The position numbers and the translations under genes were made by a program. Under the pieces are notes generated by a model, which searched no databases, was not told where the DNA came from, and worked only from the letters and a program-made list of their open reading frames with translations. A stretch of DNA of 64,000 bases from a virus: positions 10,008 to 74,007 of the IMG/VR virus record IMGVR_UViG_3300012346_000329. One strand, given 5' to 3'. Numbering within the stretch: position 1 is the first letter of the stretch; each line of letters begins with the position of its first letter. Positions 49,214-59,623 of the stretch are shown here, piece after piece.

Positions 49214-51178
49214 TTAATCTTTTATTATCACTTTTTTACCTGATATCATAATAAACTTGTTTCCTGCAGCATCAACTTCTAGTTTTAACTCTCCTTTTGA
49301 ATCTGCTTCTTTTTTAGTTTTAGCTACTTCTACAGGTTTACCATACATCTTTCCTTTTTTAGTCATGCCTACATATTCTCCTGAACTTCCTAAAAGAGTT
49401 TCAAGAATTTTATTCTGTCTCATATCATTCAAATCTGCTCCAGTTTGTTGCATACCAGTAGCAAAATCTTTTTTACCTAATCCTAAAGCAGTATAGTAAG
49501 CATCCTTAGCAGCTTCATTAGCCATAGCAGCTTGGTATTCACCTTGACCTTTAAGTTGGTCTGCATTCATAGCCACTCCTGATTTTTGTACATCTATCTG
49601 AGATAGTTGTCCTGCAGCATTAGCACTAATCTCTGCAATCTGTTGATTTAAAGCTGTATCATAAAGCCAATCCATAGCTCTCATTTGATTTACTCCTCTA
49701 GCACTTCCTCTAGCACCTTTCTTACCTCCTCTACTTGTAGTAGAAGCTTTAATAATAGCTTGAGCTTTTTGACCTTCTATAGAAGCTTTAGCATTATCAA
49801 GTAATTTTTGAGACTCTTTTCCAGCATCTTTATAAACATTAGTATGAGTTATATCAGTACTTCTTGACTCAGCAGCATTTTTCATACCTGCTGTCATACC
49901 TAGATAGTTACCAATAAGTTTAGTCATATCTCCTGTAGTAGGCATATTGTCTCCTAGTGCTTTCATAAACTTACTTTCTTTTTTACCTGTAGCTGTAGTA
50001 GAATCTTCTGAATTTACTTTTTGATTATAAGCACTAAAAGGTGTTTCAATAGTCCCAGGAGGGACTCCGTTTACAAGACTAGGATCTGCAAAACTACTAG
50101 AAATTTCATCATTAACTCCTACTCCAACTTTAAAGTTTTGTAAAGCTTCTAAATTAATTTTAGGATTCTTTTCAAGAGAATCTGAAATTCCATCTTCATT
50201 TACATCTCCAATAACATATCTATCAGGTTTTTTATTACTGTTAGCAGCTAACCAATCTTGACTTGCTTTATAACTACCTGGACCAAAGATTTGACCAAAA
50301 CCTTTTGTAGTAGGATTCATTCCTAAATCTTGTTGAATATATTTCATGTCCATAACTCCATCAGGATTTAATTTTTGGTACTGATTAAAAAAGTCTTTAA
50401 ACATACTTTCATCATAACCTTTACCATAAACTATCCCTTGAGGACCTGTACCATTAGGGTATTTTTGAATCCCTTCTACACCTGTACCAAAAGCTTTAAC
50501 CATAGTGTCAGCCATAGCTTGCATATTATTTACTTGCTCTTGGAATTGTAAGTCACTAGCTTCTTCTTTTTGAACAGCTTCCATTCTTCTTTTCAAAGCA
50601 TTCTTAGTAGCAACATCTACTAACTTATCAGAAGCAGCTTTTTCAAGATTAGCTATTTTTCTTTCTCTGGCTTCTTTTCTTTCAGCTAAGGTTTTACCTC
50701 CTACTTTTAATCTGTCTGAATATACTTTAGTACCCTCTTCTACATCTTGTCCTACCTCTAATGGAATACCTCCTTGTTCATGACTAGGGCCTTCAAATTC
50801 TCCTACTTCTCCTTGAGGTGTTTCAAACATTTCTCCTCCTTCTACTTCTACATCTTCTTGAACATCATTCATTCCCATAGCTGCAGTAGCACCTGCCATA
50901 ACTCCTTTAGCACCTGAAGCACCTGAAGGGTCTGGAGTAGTGGTAGCTTTTCCTCCTACCATACTACCTGCCATACTTATTCCTTGTTGTATAAGTCCAC
51001 CTGCAGTAGCTACTATAGGTAGCCAAGGATTCTGTAAAGATTCAGCTTCTGCTTTAGCTAACATGATATTATAATCATTCAATACTTCATTAGGAGTTTG
51101 AATATAATTATTAGGACCTACTCCATTAGAGTTAGTTCCATTAGCATATTTTTTTCTAGGGTTCATTTTTGATTTCAT
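49214..51178 (-). CDS. Virion cargo/ejection protein (654 aa)
   Basis: Contains VEVEGGE...GPSHEQGGIP, a motif I recognise from crAss-like cargo proteins, and Ala/Gln-rich helical regions. Confidence 0.65.
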   Translation of the reverse strand: MKSKMNPRKKYANGTNSNGVGPNNYIQTPNEVLNDYNIMLAKAEAESLQNPWLPIVATAGGLIQQGISMAGSMVGGKATTTPDPSGASGAKGVMAGATAAMGMNDVQEDVEVEGGEMFETPQGEVGEFEGPSHEQGGIPLEVGQDVEEGTKVYSDRLKVGGKTLAERKEARERKIANLEKAASDKLVDVATKNALKRRMEAVQKEEASDLQFQEQVNNMQAMADTMVKAFGTGVEGIQKYPNGTGPQGIVYGKGYDESMFKDFFNQYQKLNPDGVMDMKYIQQDLGMNPTTKGFGQIFGPGSYKASQDWLAANSNKKPDRYVIGDVNEDGISDSLEKNPKINLEALQNFKVGVGVNDEISSSFADPSLVNGVPPGTIETPFSAYNQKVNSEDSTTATGKKESKFMKALGDNMPTTGDMTKLIGNYLGMTAGMKNAAESRSTDITHTNVYKDAGKESQKLLDNAKASIEGQKAQAIIKASTTSRGGKKGARGSARGVNQMRAMDWLYDTALNQQIAEISANAAGQLSQIDVQKSGVAMNADQLKGQGEYQAAMANEAAKDAYYTALGLGKKDFATGMQQTGADLNDMRQNKILETLLGSSGEYVGMTKKGKMYGKPVEVAKTKKEADSKGELKLEVDAAGNKFIMISGKKVIIKD

Positions 51179-51208
51179 AAGAAGCTTTAATTTATTAAAG
51201 GTTTAGCT

Positions 51209-54200
51209 TTATCTTTCTGATATTTTTTTATCTGAAGCTGAAAAGTTAAAAAGAATTCTTGTATCAGCAAATGTATCAAATATTAGCCTTACTACCAAGA
51301 ACTTATCTCTAAAACTTTCTAACTGTGCCCAGTCCTTACTATAACTAAGGGCTGCTGGATTTACTATTTTATCTATGTAATAATTAGATTGAATTAAACT
51401 TAAATCTTTAATAAACATAGGAACAATGTTATCTACTCTTAGATTTCTCATATCATTTAAGGTCCAGTCTCTTTCATTTCTGTCTATTGGAATTTGTCCT
51501 GCAGATAAAGTTAAGTTTCTAGTTTGTTGAAATAAATAGTTAGCAGACTCATTTTGCTTAGGTACTAATTCTAACAATCCACTTATTTGATAAGTGTTGT
51601 ATAAAAGTACTTTATTAAAAGTCACATTATCTATGTCTACATAATCTTTAACTGCATTATCAAATCTCTTAGCTTCAGATTGAAATAAGATTGAATCCCA
51701 AACTTTAGTTGCTATAAGATTAGGGTTATCTACATACTCTACTATAAAAGGATAATAAATACCATAAAAAGTTTGGTAATGATTGGGTCTATTATGTTTA
51801 AAGATACTAGTTCCTCCTTGTTTCCAAGAATAGAATTTCTCTTGTACATGCATGTAGAAACTAGGTAGGTAAGGATGCCACCCAACCCACTCTTGTCTTT
51901 TTAGAGAGTAACTCATTGTCCAACTATTGTTTAAAATAGTAGGTACAAAAGGAGTTCCTTGTATGTAAGTAACTTCAGTAGTGTAACCTATAATTTCAGT
52001 TTCATCTTGAAAAGTAATATTTCTTCTAACTATATTAGTCAAATCTTCTCCTATATAGGAAGCACTTATTAATTCTTCACTAGCTACATCCATGGTTCTA
52101 TTAGGAATTACTAACCAGGAGTATTGACTTAACCCAGGTTCATTTGAGGCATCTAATAAATCTTCATAAGGATTTAGTCCTTGTAGATAAGTTTTTAAAG
52201 TAGACCACTCTGAACTAGAAAAATAAGCATTAGTAGGAATATTGTTTACTTCAGTATAAGTGTAATTCATACCTTTAACAGCAGCTAAATTATGCAGTAT
52301 AAAAGATTTACTTGCATCTAAAGTTGCTATTGGATAAGAGATACCTATGAATTGATCATAAGTAGCATAAACATTATCTACAAAACTATTATAATTACTA
52401 GTATAAAATCCAGTAGGTTGACTTAAAAAATTTAAAGGTCTATCATGATAAGTTCCTACAGAGTTATTTACAAAAGATATAAGTAAAACTTTACCTCTTT
52501 CTTCAGCAGGAATTCTTTTAGGAAAGTCTAACCATTCTCCTGTAGCATCATAATATTTAACTACATTTCCTTCCCAACCAAAAGCAGTCAAGTTATCATT
52601 TACCCAAGCATCTACTTCAGCATCTATTATTTTTAAAGGGTGAGGATCATTTTCACCATAATACCATAAATCAATATCTTCTTGATATAAGTCTCCCTGC
52701 CCTAGCATAGTAGTTACATAACTACCTGAAGTATCATAGAAGATATGAATATCCATATCAGAAGGAATCAGTAAATCCTGATTGACAGGTATTGTTTCTA
52801 TAATTGGAACTACCCTGTTAAATTTTAACTTACAATTTTCTACTCCTAAATAGGTCCAACCTAATGCTTCTTGATTAGCAATAGTGTTGGAAACATTGGT
52901 AAAAATAACAGGAGAAGGTCCTTCATTACAAAGTAAGAAGTTTGAGGTAGGAAGATTAGTAATCTTAATATCTTTCTTAGTTATAATTAGTCTTTCCTTA
53001 TTTGTATCATAAGTAGAAATGAAACCTACTCCTAAAGAATTAGAAGGGTTATTTTTGTATGGGTATTCTGAGCCAAGTTTTTGATACCAGTCTTTTTCTA
53101 CTTCAAATTCCATGTTATTTTTAAACCAAGAGGAATTCCCATTATCACTAATAGGTTGAAGTTGTTGACCATCAAAAATATACCATTTCTTTTCTTTCCA
53201 AGATGGGAATAAAACTCCAAACTTAGTTTTTAATCTTCCCCATTTATGTTTATTTCCTGCAGAGGAATTGTTATCATCAACTATTTTTCTAGGAGGTACA
53301 CTAAAGTATTCTCCAGTTCCTATAAAAGAAACTATATCTTGAGTAACTCTTTCTTGAAAAGTTTGAGGACAATGCCATAACCCTTCTGTAGTGTGAATGT
53401 ATAAGTTGTTTTGAATTCTAAATATGTCAGTTATTCTTCCTGTCTCTGCTTCTAAATCTTTGTAATTATTAGGTAAAAACATTCTGAAGTTATCTGTAAC
53501 TTCTTCTTGAAAAGCTTGCTCTGACCAATGAAATCTATGAGGAAAAGTTTCATTACAATCTGAACAACAATCATATTCTAACCCTAAATGAAAATAAGCT
53601 TTCTGTTTATTTCTTCTTTTGTAGTCAGGATTTAATAGATACATTTCAGCAGCAGCTAATCCATAGTAACCTCTATTGGCTTTTCTTTTTGCATCTAGAA
53701 AAGTCAACTTATTATACATGTGAAAATCTAAAGCATTAGTAGGAGCAATTTCAGAAGAGCCTACTGAGTTAATTCCAAAGTACTCATAATTCCATTCTAC
53801 TAAAGTACAACCTGCTTCTATAGGACCTGGAGCATTTAAAAAGTCTGGAGTATTATCACTGGCTCCATGTCTTAACCCTACATTAACAGCAGACTCAAAC
53901 CAAAGGTTTATAGAATCTCCTAACCATTGAATTTCATCATCTTCAGGATTCTTTTCAAATCCTCTTGGGTGACCAGAAACAGGGTCAAGATCTCTAAATA
54001 CATAGTCATCTTTTACAGTTTCTCTTAATCCTTGGTCATATAAGATATTGTAAGCATTGTTCCAAGCTTCTTGTTTAATACCTGATAGAGTTATAGCTGT
54101 ACCTACTCCTGCTAAAGCTCCTGCTGCAGCAAGACCTGCAGCTACTACTAAAGGAGAAGTAGCTCCAAGTGTAAAAATAGTTAAAGCTACTGCAGCTACT

Positions 54201-57085
54201 ACAAGAACTGCCCCAATAATTATTTTCCAAATAGATTTTTTACCTTTTCTTTTTTTCATTCTAATGTCATAGTAGATACTATTAGTGTATCTCATAGGAG
54301 CTATATAAGAATCTCCATTAAATACAACACAAGAACTAATTGCATCTTCTTCAAAGTAAGTAGGTAATTGACTTGCCTTATAATAAGGCTCTAATCTAAA
54401 GTTAGAATATGGTTCTGCATTCTCTTTGTATAAATAAACATAAGGTGCTGATTGAGTAGCTCTAAAATCATAATCTTGTTTTAAAGTTAAGATACCTGTT
54501 TTATTATCACAAGCTAAATTAAAAATGTCTGCTCCTTTATCTTCACTGTCTTTTGTAAGTTTATTTTCTAAAGCATTCAAATAAAAAACATCTTTAATCA
54601 TATTGTTAGTATAAGTAAAGGTTTTTTCTGGTACAAAAGTTGTTTGATTATCTCTAGTCTTAATTTGAATAGAAAATCCATCAGGGTCTCTTTGTCCTTT
54701 CTTATGCTTTCCTTCTACATAACCTGAACCATCTGCTACATCATTGACTTTAGTTCTACTAATAATAGCTTCTGTTTTATTAAAAGAACCTTGCTGAATA
54801 ATACTAGTAAAGCTAGTGTACTCTGCATTATTAAATTTATGCTCCGGAGAGATAAGTCCTAAAACATCTTTCTTAATTTTTTTATTTTCTTCTGTCAAAG
54901 AAATATACTGTGGAAACAAAAGACCTTGAGCTACAAAATTCTTCTCTGTACTTGTAGGAGTTAAGATAGCACTATCTAAGACAGTTTTATCTGATTCCTT
55001 TCTTTCATTTCTAACTATATAATAACCTGTAATTTTTTGACCTAAAGTATCTTCTAAAGAAGGCATCTGAATATTAGAAAAGTTTATTCCAAATATTTCT
55101 GCAGTATAGACTTTATCTTCTGTTGCAGTAATCCCTACAGCAATAGTAATTTTATAGGTCATTCCTGTAACAGTAGAAGTACCTGAAAAATAATATAAAT
55201 GAGTGATAGGATCTAAAGTAGGACCTGTTAAAGTTACAGTGTTCTCATTAGGAACTGAAGAAAATTCAAACTCTTCCTTAATAGTCAAAGGTGTAATTAC
55301 ATTACCATATAACAAAGAAGTGTTATAAACAAAATTTACATCTTGAGTCAAGTCATCTCCTACAGTACCAGCCCAATCATAAGGGTCTACTACATCTGCA
55401 AAATAACTTGTTTCTCCATCTTGAGAATAATCTAAAGTAAAACTATAAGCTCCTCTATCCCCATCTTCATCTACAGGAGCACCAAAGTTAGCATAGCTAG
55501 GAGTACATTCCGTATCTTCTACTTCACACTCTCCAGGAATAGTTGCAGAAGCTTTTGTCACTTCTATTTGTAAACTTTTTACAAAACCTAATTCTTCAGG
55601 TTCAGTTACTTCTTCTACAAAAGGGATACCTACATCTGTTCTTAAAGGGAATCTGTGATGTCTAACAGGGCTTTGACTTAAGTCATTTCCTTCTGAATCT
55701 TTTCCCCAATATACATTTTCTCCACAAGTATTGTTATCTATGTAAGCTGTTTCTAAACAAGCATTATTAAGATTACTCATAGGATAAATATTATCCCCTT
55801 CTGAATAGGTTTTCATAGGAGCCACTGTAGGTCCTTTGCCTGGAATGTGATACACAGGAGACACTGTATTATCTTCAAAGATATATACAATACCAAAAGA
55901 ATATATTTCTCCTGGCATGTACCCTATACCATTAAAATGGGCAGCAGGATCTTTAGCAGAACCTAAGCTTAACTCAGATACTATAATCTGTTTAGTTATT
56001 AAGTCTGCTCCAATCTTACTAGCATATTTTTGTAAGTTACAAAAGTTAACTTGCTTACCTTCTGTGTCTCCTAATATTAATCTGTTTTCAATCTGTTCTA
56101 TACTTTGAGCTTTCTCAATAATATTATTGAACATTGTAACCTCTTCTTGAGTTCCTGAAGTTTCATAGTTATCTCCTGTATAATAGAAAACAGGATTTCT
56201 AGTAGAAATTTCTGAAGTATACTTTGTGTCAGAGATTAACCCATTACCAGAGTTAGCTTCTGTAATAGCTATTTGATAAAAAGGAAAAGTTGTGTCTAAA
56301 CTATCTGGATCAATAACTATCTTAATTGCTTTACCTGTTTTACCATAGTTTAAATAGTCATTAACTTGTGTAGTAGAACCTCTTAGTTCTCTGTAGTTTC
56401 TATTTAAAGCAGAGTTGTAAATTTGAATAGTCTCTGTGCTATCTATAAATTCTGTAGGATTAAAGTCTTCATCTAAGTATCTAATAGAAAAATTATAACT
56501 ACCTGGAAGTAAATTACCTTGAGCTTCTACTACTGTGATATTTGTTATCTGAGGTATCTTTTTATATTTCTTAAATAAATTAAACTTAGAAATATCCCAA
56601 GTACCAGACTCAGTCAAAAATTCTTCTGGTTTATTAAAATTGTATAGTCTAGGTTTAGGGTCTACCCAATACACAATTTTATCACAACCTCTTCTTAATC
56701 TAAAAGTAGCATCAATTTGTTGTGTTGTCTTGAATCCTAATTTCTCAGTTTGATTTGCATCAGACACTTTAATAGTAAGAGTATTGTTTCTATCTACTAC
56801 TGCAATACAAGAATTTCCATTAGGATTAGCTAAGAATAGACAAGTTTCTTCATCTCCAATATAAACCTTACCCATAGGAATGTATCCTGTAGGAAGAGTG
56901 TAACATGCTTCATTAGATTCTTCATTAGCAATAAAATTAGCATCTCCTTCTTTAGTCTCATTAACTCCTGTCATTACAAATCTAGTAGTTCCTTGAGGTT
57001 GAGTTACTAATGAAGAATCAGTATGCAATCCTCCTGGAGAGTATACTGAATTTTGTTCTTGTCTTGGTTCTTTTTCTTGAGACAT
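51209..57085 (-). CDS. Tail stabilisation/muzzle protein (1958 aa)
   Basis: N-terminal GGLHTDSS...QPQGTTRF and a beta-rich body, with a C-terminal WTMSYSL...WVGWHPYLP. Located between the ring and cargo genes. Confidence 0.7.
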   Translation of the reverse strand: MSQEKEPRQEQNSVYSPGGLHTDSSLVTQPQGTTRFVMTGVNETKEGDANFIANEESNEACYTLPTGYIPMGKVYIGDEETCLFLANPNGNSCIAVVDRNNTLTIKVSDANQTEKLGFKTTQQIDATFRLRRGCDKIVYWVDPKPRLYNFNKPEEFLTESGTWDISKFNLFKKYKKIPQITNITVVEAQGNLLPGSYNFSIRYLDEDFNPTEFIDSTETIQIYNSALNRNYRELRGSTTQVNDYLNYGKTGKAIKIVIDPDSLDTTFPFYQIAITEANSGNGLISDTKYTSEISTRNPVFYYTGDNYETSGTQEEVTMFNNIIEKAQSIEQIENRLILGDTEGKQVNFCNLQKYASKIGADLITKQIIVSELSLGSAKDPAAHFNGIGYMPGEIYSFGIVYIFEDNTVSPVYHIPGKGPTVAPMKTYSEGDNIYPMSNLNNACLETAYIDNNTCGENVYWGKDSEGNDLSQSPVRHHRFPLRTDVGIPFVEEVTEPEELGFVKSLQIEVTKASATIPGECEVEDTECTPSYANFGAPVDEDGDRGAYSFTLDYSQDGETSYFADVVDPYDWAGTVGDDLTQDVNFVYNTSLLYGNVITPLTIKEEFEFSSVPNENTVTLTGPTLDPITHLYYFSGTSTVTGMTYKITIAVGITATEDKVYTAEIFGINFSNIQMPSLEDTLGQKITGYYIVRNERKESDKTVLDSAILTPTSTEKNFVAQGLLFPQYISLTEENKKIKKDVLGLISPEHKFNNAEYTSFTSIIQQGSFNKTEAIISRTKVNDVADGSGYVEGKHKKGQRDPDGFSIQIKTRDNQTTFVPEKTFTYTNNMIKDVFYLNALENKLTKDSEDKGADIFNLACDNKTGILTLKQDYDFRATQSAPYVYLYKENAEPYSNFRLEPYYKASQLPTYFEEDAISSCVVFNGDSYIAPMRYTNSIYYDIRMKKRKGKKSIWKIIIGAVLVVAAVALTIFTLGATSPLVVAAGLAAAGALAGVGTAITLSGIKQEAWNNAYNILYDQGLRETVKDDYVFRDLDPVSGHPRGFEKNPEDDEIQWLGDSINLWFESAVNVGLRHGASDNTPDFLNAPGPIEAGCTLVEWNYEYFGINSVGSSEIAPTNALDFHMYNKLTFLDAKRKANRGYYGLAAAEMYLLNPDYKRRNKQKAYFHLGLEYDCCSDCNETFPHRFHWSEQAFQEEVTDNFRMFLPNNYKDLEAETGRITDIFRIQNNLYIHTTEGLWHCPQTFQERVTQDIVSFIGTGEYFSVPPRKIVDDNNSSAGNKHKWGRLKTKFGVLFPSWKEKKWYIFDGQQLQPISDNGNSSWFKNNMEFEVEKDWYQKLGSEYPYKNNPSNSLGVGFISTYDTNKERLIITKKDIKITNLPTSNFLLCNEGPSPVIFTNVSNTIANQEALGWTYLGVENCKLKFNRVVPIIETIPVNQDLLIPSDMDIHIFYDTSGSYVTTMLGQGDLYQEDIDLWYYGENDPHPLKIIDAEVDAWVNDNLTAFGWEGNVVKYYDATGEWLDFPKRIPAEERGKVLLISFVNNSVGTYHDRPLNFLSQPTGFYTSNYNSFVDNVYATYDQFIGISYPIATLDASKSFILHNLAAVKGMNYTYTEVNNIPTNAYFSSSEWSTLKTYLQGLNPYEDLLDASNEPGLSQYSWLVIPNRTMDVASEELISASYIGEDLTNIVRRNITFQDETEIIGYTTEVTYIQGTPFVPTILNNSWTMSYSLKRQEWVGWHPYLPSFYMHVQEKFYSWKQGGTSIFKHNRPNHYQTFYGIYYPFIVEYVDNPNLIATKVWDSILFQSEAKRFDNAVKDYVDIDNVTFNKVLLYNTYQISGLLELVPKQNESANYLFQQTRNLTLSAGQIPIDRNERDWTLNDMRNLRVDNIVPMFIKDLSLIQSNYYIDKIVNPAALSYSKDWAQLESFRDKFLVVRLIFDTFADTRILFNFSASDKKISER

Positions 57086-57087
57086 AA

Positions 57088-58104
57088 TTATAACATAAAG
57101 GATGAATTACCTGATGTGTATCTATATTTGTTTGTAAAATTAGGATCATTAAATATCCTGTTTTCAGCTCTACCTAATTTACCAAAGAAACCATAATATC
57201 TTTTTTGGTTAGGAATCAAGTAATTAGATTGTTCCATAAGATTCTGATATTCATCAGTACCCCAAGGCATCTTAGCTTTGTTCTTAAATTGTTTGACATA
57301 TTTTAACCACCTTGCTTCAGCTACTTGAGCTAATTGCATAGCACCTTCTCTGTGGTTCCAAGCTTCTCTTTCTTTTACCTTCCAACCTAAGTAGTAAGTA
57401 ATAGCTGCTTTAGCTGATTCATCATCAGGGACCATAGGGTAACCTGTTTCAGGATCTACTTTACTTCTTAAATAAGCTAGAGCTACAAACCCATCTTTAA
57501 AACTAAATCTAAGTTGGTCTTGTACTACAGTGTATTCTTCATGCACTACAGTATTTGTACTATATAAACCTTCAGTATCTGGAGTTTGACAAACTAGAGA
57601 ATTAAAGAAAGTATGATTAGCTAACCTTACCGGGGTAAATTTAGATTGATGTAATTTAGAATGAACCCAACCTAAGTACTCATATTGTAAATCAAAGTAA
57701 GGTCTATAGTAAGCCAATTCCTGATCTGCTATAGGGTCTCCATGACAATCTACAGCCACCAAACTAGAATCATAACCTCCACAAGTATCACACTCTGTAG
57801 TACTAGGAGTAACCAACTCTTCTAGTAAAACTTCTGGAGTACAGTTAGCTTCTTCTGAAGCAGTCCAAGCATTATTTTTAGCCACTTGAATTATGTGTTG
57901 TAATCCATTAGGTAAAGCTGCTTGATAGTTTTTCACTTCTAAAAAAGCAATAGCTTCTTCAGAATTAGAAGTCATCTTCATGTGCCCTAAAGCTTCTCCT
58001 ATCCATTCAATAGCCTCATCTTCATTAAGCTCATTGCCTCTGAAGTCTCTTAGATACTTAGATAGGATTGTATCTACTGTTACATATTGAAATCTTTGAC
58101 TCAT
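57088..58104 (-). CDS. Tail ring/tubular protein
   Basis: IEWIGEAL, LEVKNYQAALP, FSFKDGFVALAY and GYPMVPDD match crAss-like ring proteins as I recall them. Confidence 0.65.
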   Translation of the reverse strand: MSQRFQYVTVDTILSKYLRDFRGNELNEDEAIEWIGEALGHMKMTSNSEEAIAFLEVKNYQAALPNGLQHIIQVAKNNAWTASEEANCTPEVLLEELVTPSTTECDTCGGYDSSLVAVDCHGDPIADQELAYYRPYFDLQYEYLGWVHSKLHQSKFTPVRLANHTFFNSLVCQTPDTEGLYSTNTVVHEEYTVVQDQLRFSFKDGFVALAYLRSKVDPETGYPMVPDDESAKAAITYYLGWKVKEREAWNHREGAMQLAQVAEARWLKYVKQFKNKAKMPWGTDEYQNLMEQSNYLIPNQKRYYGFFGKLGRAENRIFNDPNFTNKYRYTSGNSSFML

Positions 58105-58106
58105 TG

Positions 58107-58268
58107 TTAGTTAGGTGTATAAATTAAAAATTGAGCTCCTTCTGGAACTTCTCCTTCTACTCTTTCAAATAATTCTGGATGATCAATTAATGCTTGTTCT
58201 CCATTTTCTATGACTACTGTGTAAGTGTATTCTACACCTATTTGTCTAATATGAGTGTTATTTTCCAT
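58107..58268 (-). CDS. Small hypothetical protein (53 aa; not in the ORF track)
   Basis: MENNTHIRQIGVEYTYTVV...IYTPN fills the gap exactly. Confidence 0.55.
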   Translation of the reverse strand: MENNTHIRQIGVEYTYTVVIENGEQALIDHPELFERVEGEVPEGAQFLIYTPN

Positions 58269-58270
58269 TA

Positions 58271-58879
58271 TTATACAAAGTATTGAATTGTTAATTTTGT
58301 TATTTTTGCATTAATTGTAGGTAGCAATTGTACCATAATTATTTCAAATCCAGTATTATCTGCATTTGATCTTAATGCAACTGTAGTCATAGAAGCTACT
58401 GCTGATGATGTTGCAGTTTGTCTAAATTCTCCAACACCATTATATAATAGATTACTTGTTCCACTTAATCCAGTTGGTTTAACTGGGATTGGAAAATCAC
58501 TTAAAAAAGGCAGTGTTACTGAAGCATTACCAGTTCCAGTAGTTGCATAAAATAAAGTAATATTTAGAGTTACTAAATTCCCTATTCTAATCCAATTATA
58601 AGTATGGGAAGTTGCTCCACTTGGAGCTGTTCCTCCAGTCCAACTAGGGGAACCTGTATAGACATTTATACCACTTTGTCTAAAATAAATTTCTTGTCCT
58701 TCAGCAGAAACTTCTGTATTATTAGCTAACATTGAATATGCAGGTAATATCTTATCTGCTTTATCTTCTAAAGTAGTTTCTATAATCTCAACTCTTTCTA
58801 TTAGTTTAAAGAGTTTATTACAACAGGCTCTAAAGGTGTTCTCTAGTTGCTTTAATCTTTCTTGTATTGACTTTGACAT
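58271..58879 (-). CDS. Short fibre/spike-like structural protein
   Basis: Coiled-coil N-terminus, then a T/G/S-rich beta domain (YNWIRIGNLVTLNI). Confidence 0.5.
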   Translation of the reverse strand: MSKSIQERLKQLENTFRACCNKLFKLIERVEIIETTLEDKADKILPAYSMLANNTEVSAEGQEIYFRQSGINVYTGSPSWTGGTAPSGATSHTYNWIRIGNLVTLNITLFYATTGTGNASVTLPFLSDFPIPVKPTGLSGTSNLLYNGVGEFRQTATSSAVASMTTVALRSNADNTGFEIIMVQLLPTINAKITKLTIQYFV

Positions 58880-58881
58880 AA

Positions 58882-59148
58882 TTAATCTAATTTATCAGCT
58901 AAGGATTTTTCCTTTGGCAAGTTAATTTTTACAGGATTTTCTTTTTGATACCATTCTTTAGAAAAGTAATCATATTTAGTTTCAGTACTTCCTTGAGGAG
59001 TCCATTGAATATCATAAGATTTTCTAATGATAAAACCATTCTCAATTTCTCTTACAGAGATATCTGAACTTTTTTTCACTATTGTTGCTCCTTCAGGTAA
59101 ATTAAATTCTTTCTTACCTTCTACTCTAGCATTCATTAATTCTGACAT
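58882..59148 (-). CDS. Hypothetical protein
   Basis: 88-aa ORF in the structural operon. Confidence 0.6.
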   Translation of the reverse strand: MSELMNARVEGKKEFNLPEGATIVKKSSDISVREIENGFIIRKSYDIQWTPQGSTETKYDYFSKEWYQKENPVKINLPKEKSLADKLD

Positions 59149-59152
59149 ATTT

Positions 59153-59623
59153 TTAAGTTTTAATTAAATACTCTTTCTTTTGTTTAATACTCTTGTGAAT
59201 ATTTCTCTTATTATTCCTTGTAAGGATAAAATTGTAATACAGTTTGTTTTCAATAGGCACTCTATTCTTAGACCAAACCACTTTATAAACTATACCATCT
59301 GTTTCTTCATTTAAGCAATACACTATCTTCTTAGTTTGTTTTGCTTCAGGATTACTGTCCCATAATTTTTTAGTAGCTGCCCAATTAGGAGGTAACATAG
59401 GTATTCCTTTTTTATTGAAAGCTAACTTCTTTTTAGTACCTTGAATAAACATAGTTCCCATTCTAGCTGGCAAAGTTATCTCTTCTCCCTCTATTACTTT
59501 ATTCATTAAGAACTCCATGTACTCATTAGAAAGAGATATAAACTCTTTTATTTCTACAGGCTTTTCAGATTCTTCTTTGTATCTTTTAAAAGCACTTCTA
59601 ATATTTAAGGTTGTCTTTATCAT
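59153..59623 (-). CDS. IHF/HU-like DNA-binding protein (crAss-like)
   Basis: Two helices, then EEITLPARMGTMFI and an extended arm containing PPNWAATKKLW. Confidence 0.6.
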   Translation of the reverse strand: MIKTTLNIRSAFKRYKEESEKPVEIKEFISLSNEYMEFLMNKVIEGEEITLPARMGTMFIQGTKKKLAFNKKGIPMLPPNWAATKKLWDSNPEAKQTKKIVYCLNEETDGIVYKVVWSKNRVPIENKLYYNFILTRNNKRNIHKSIKQKKEYLIKT

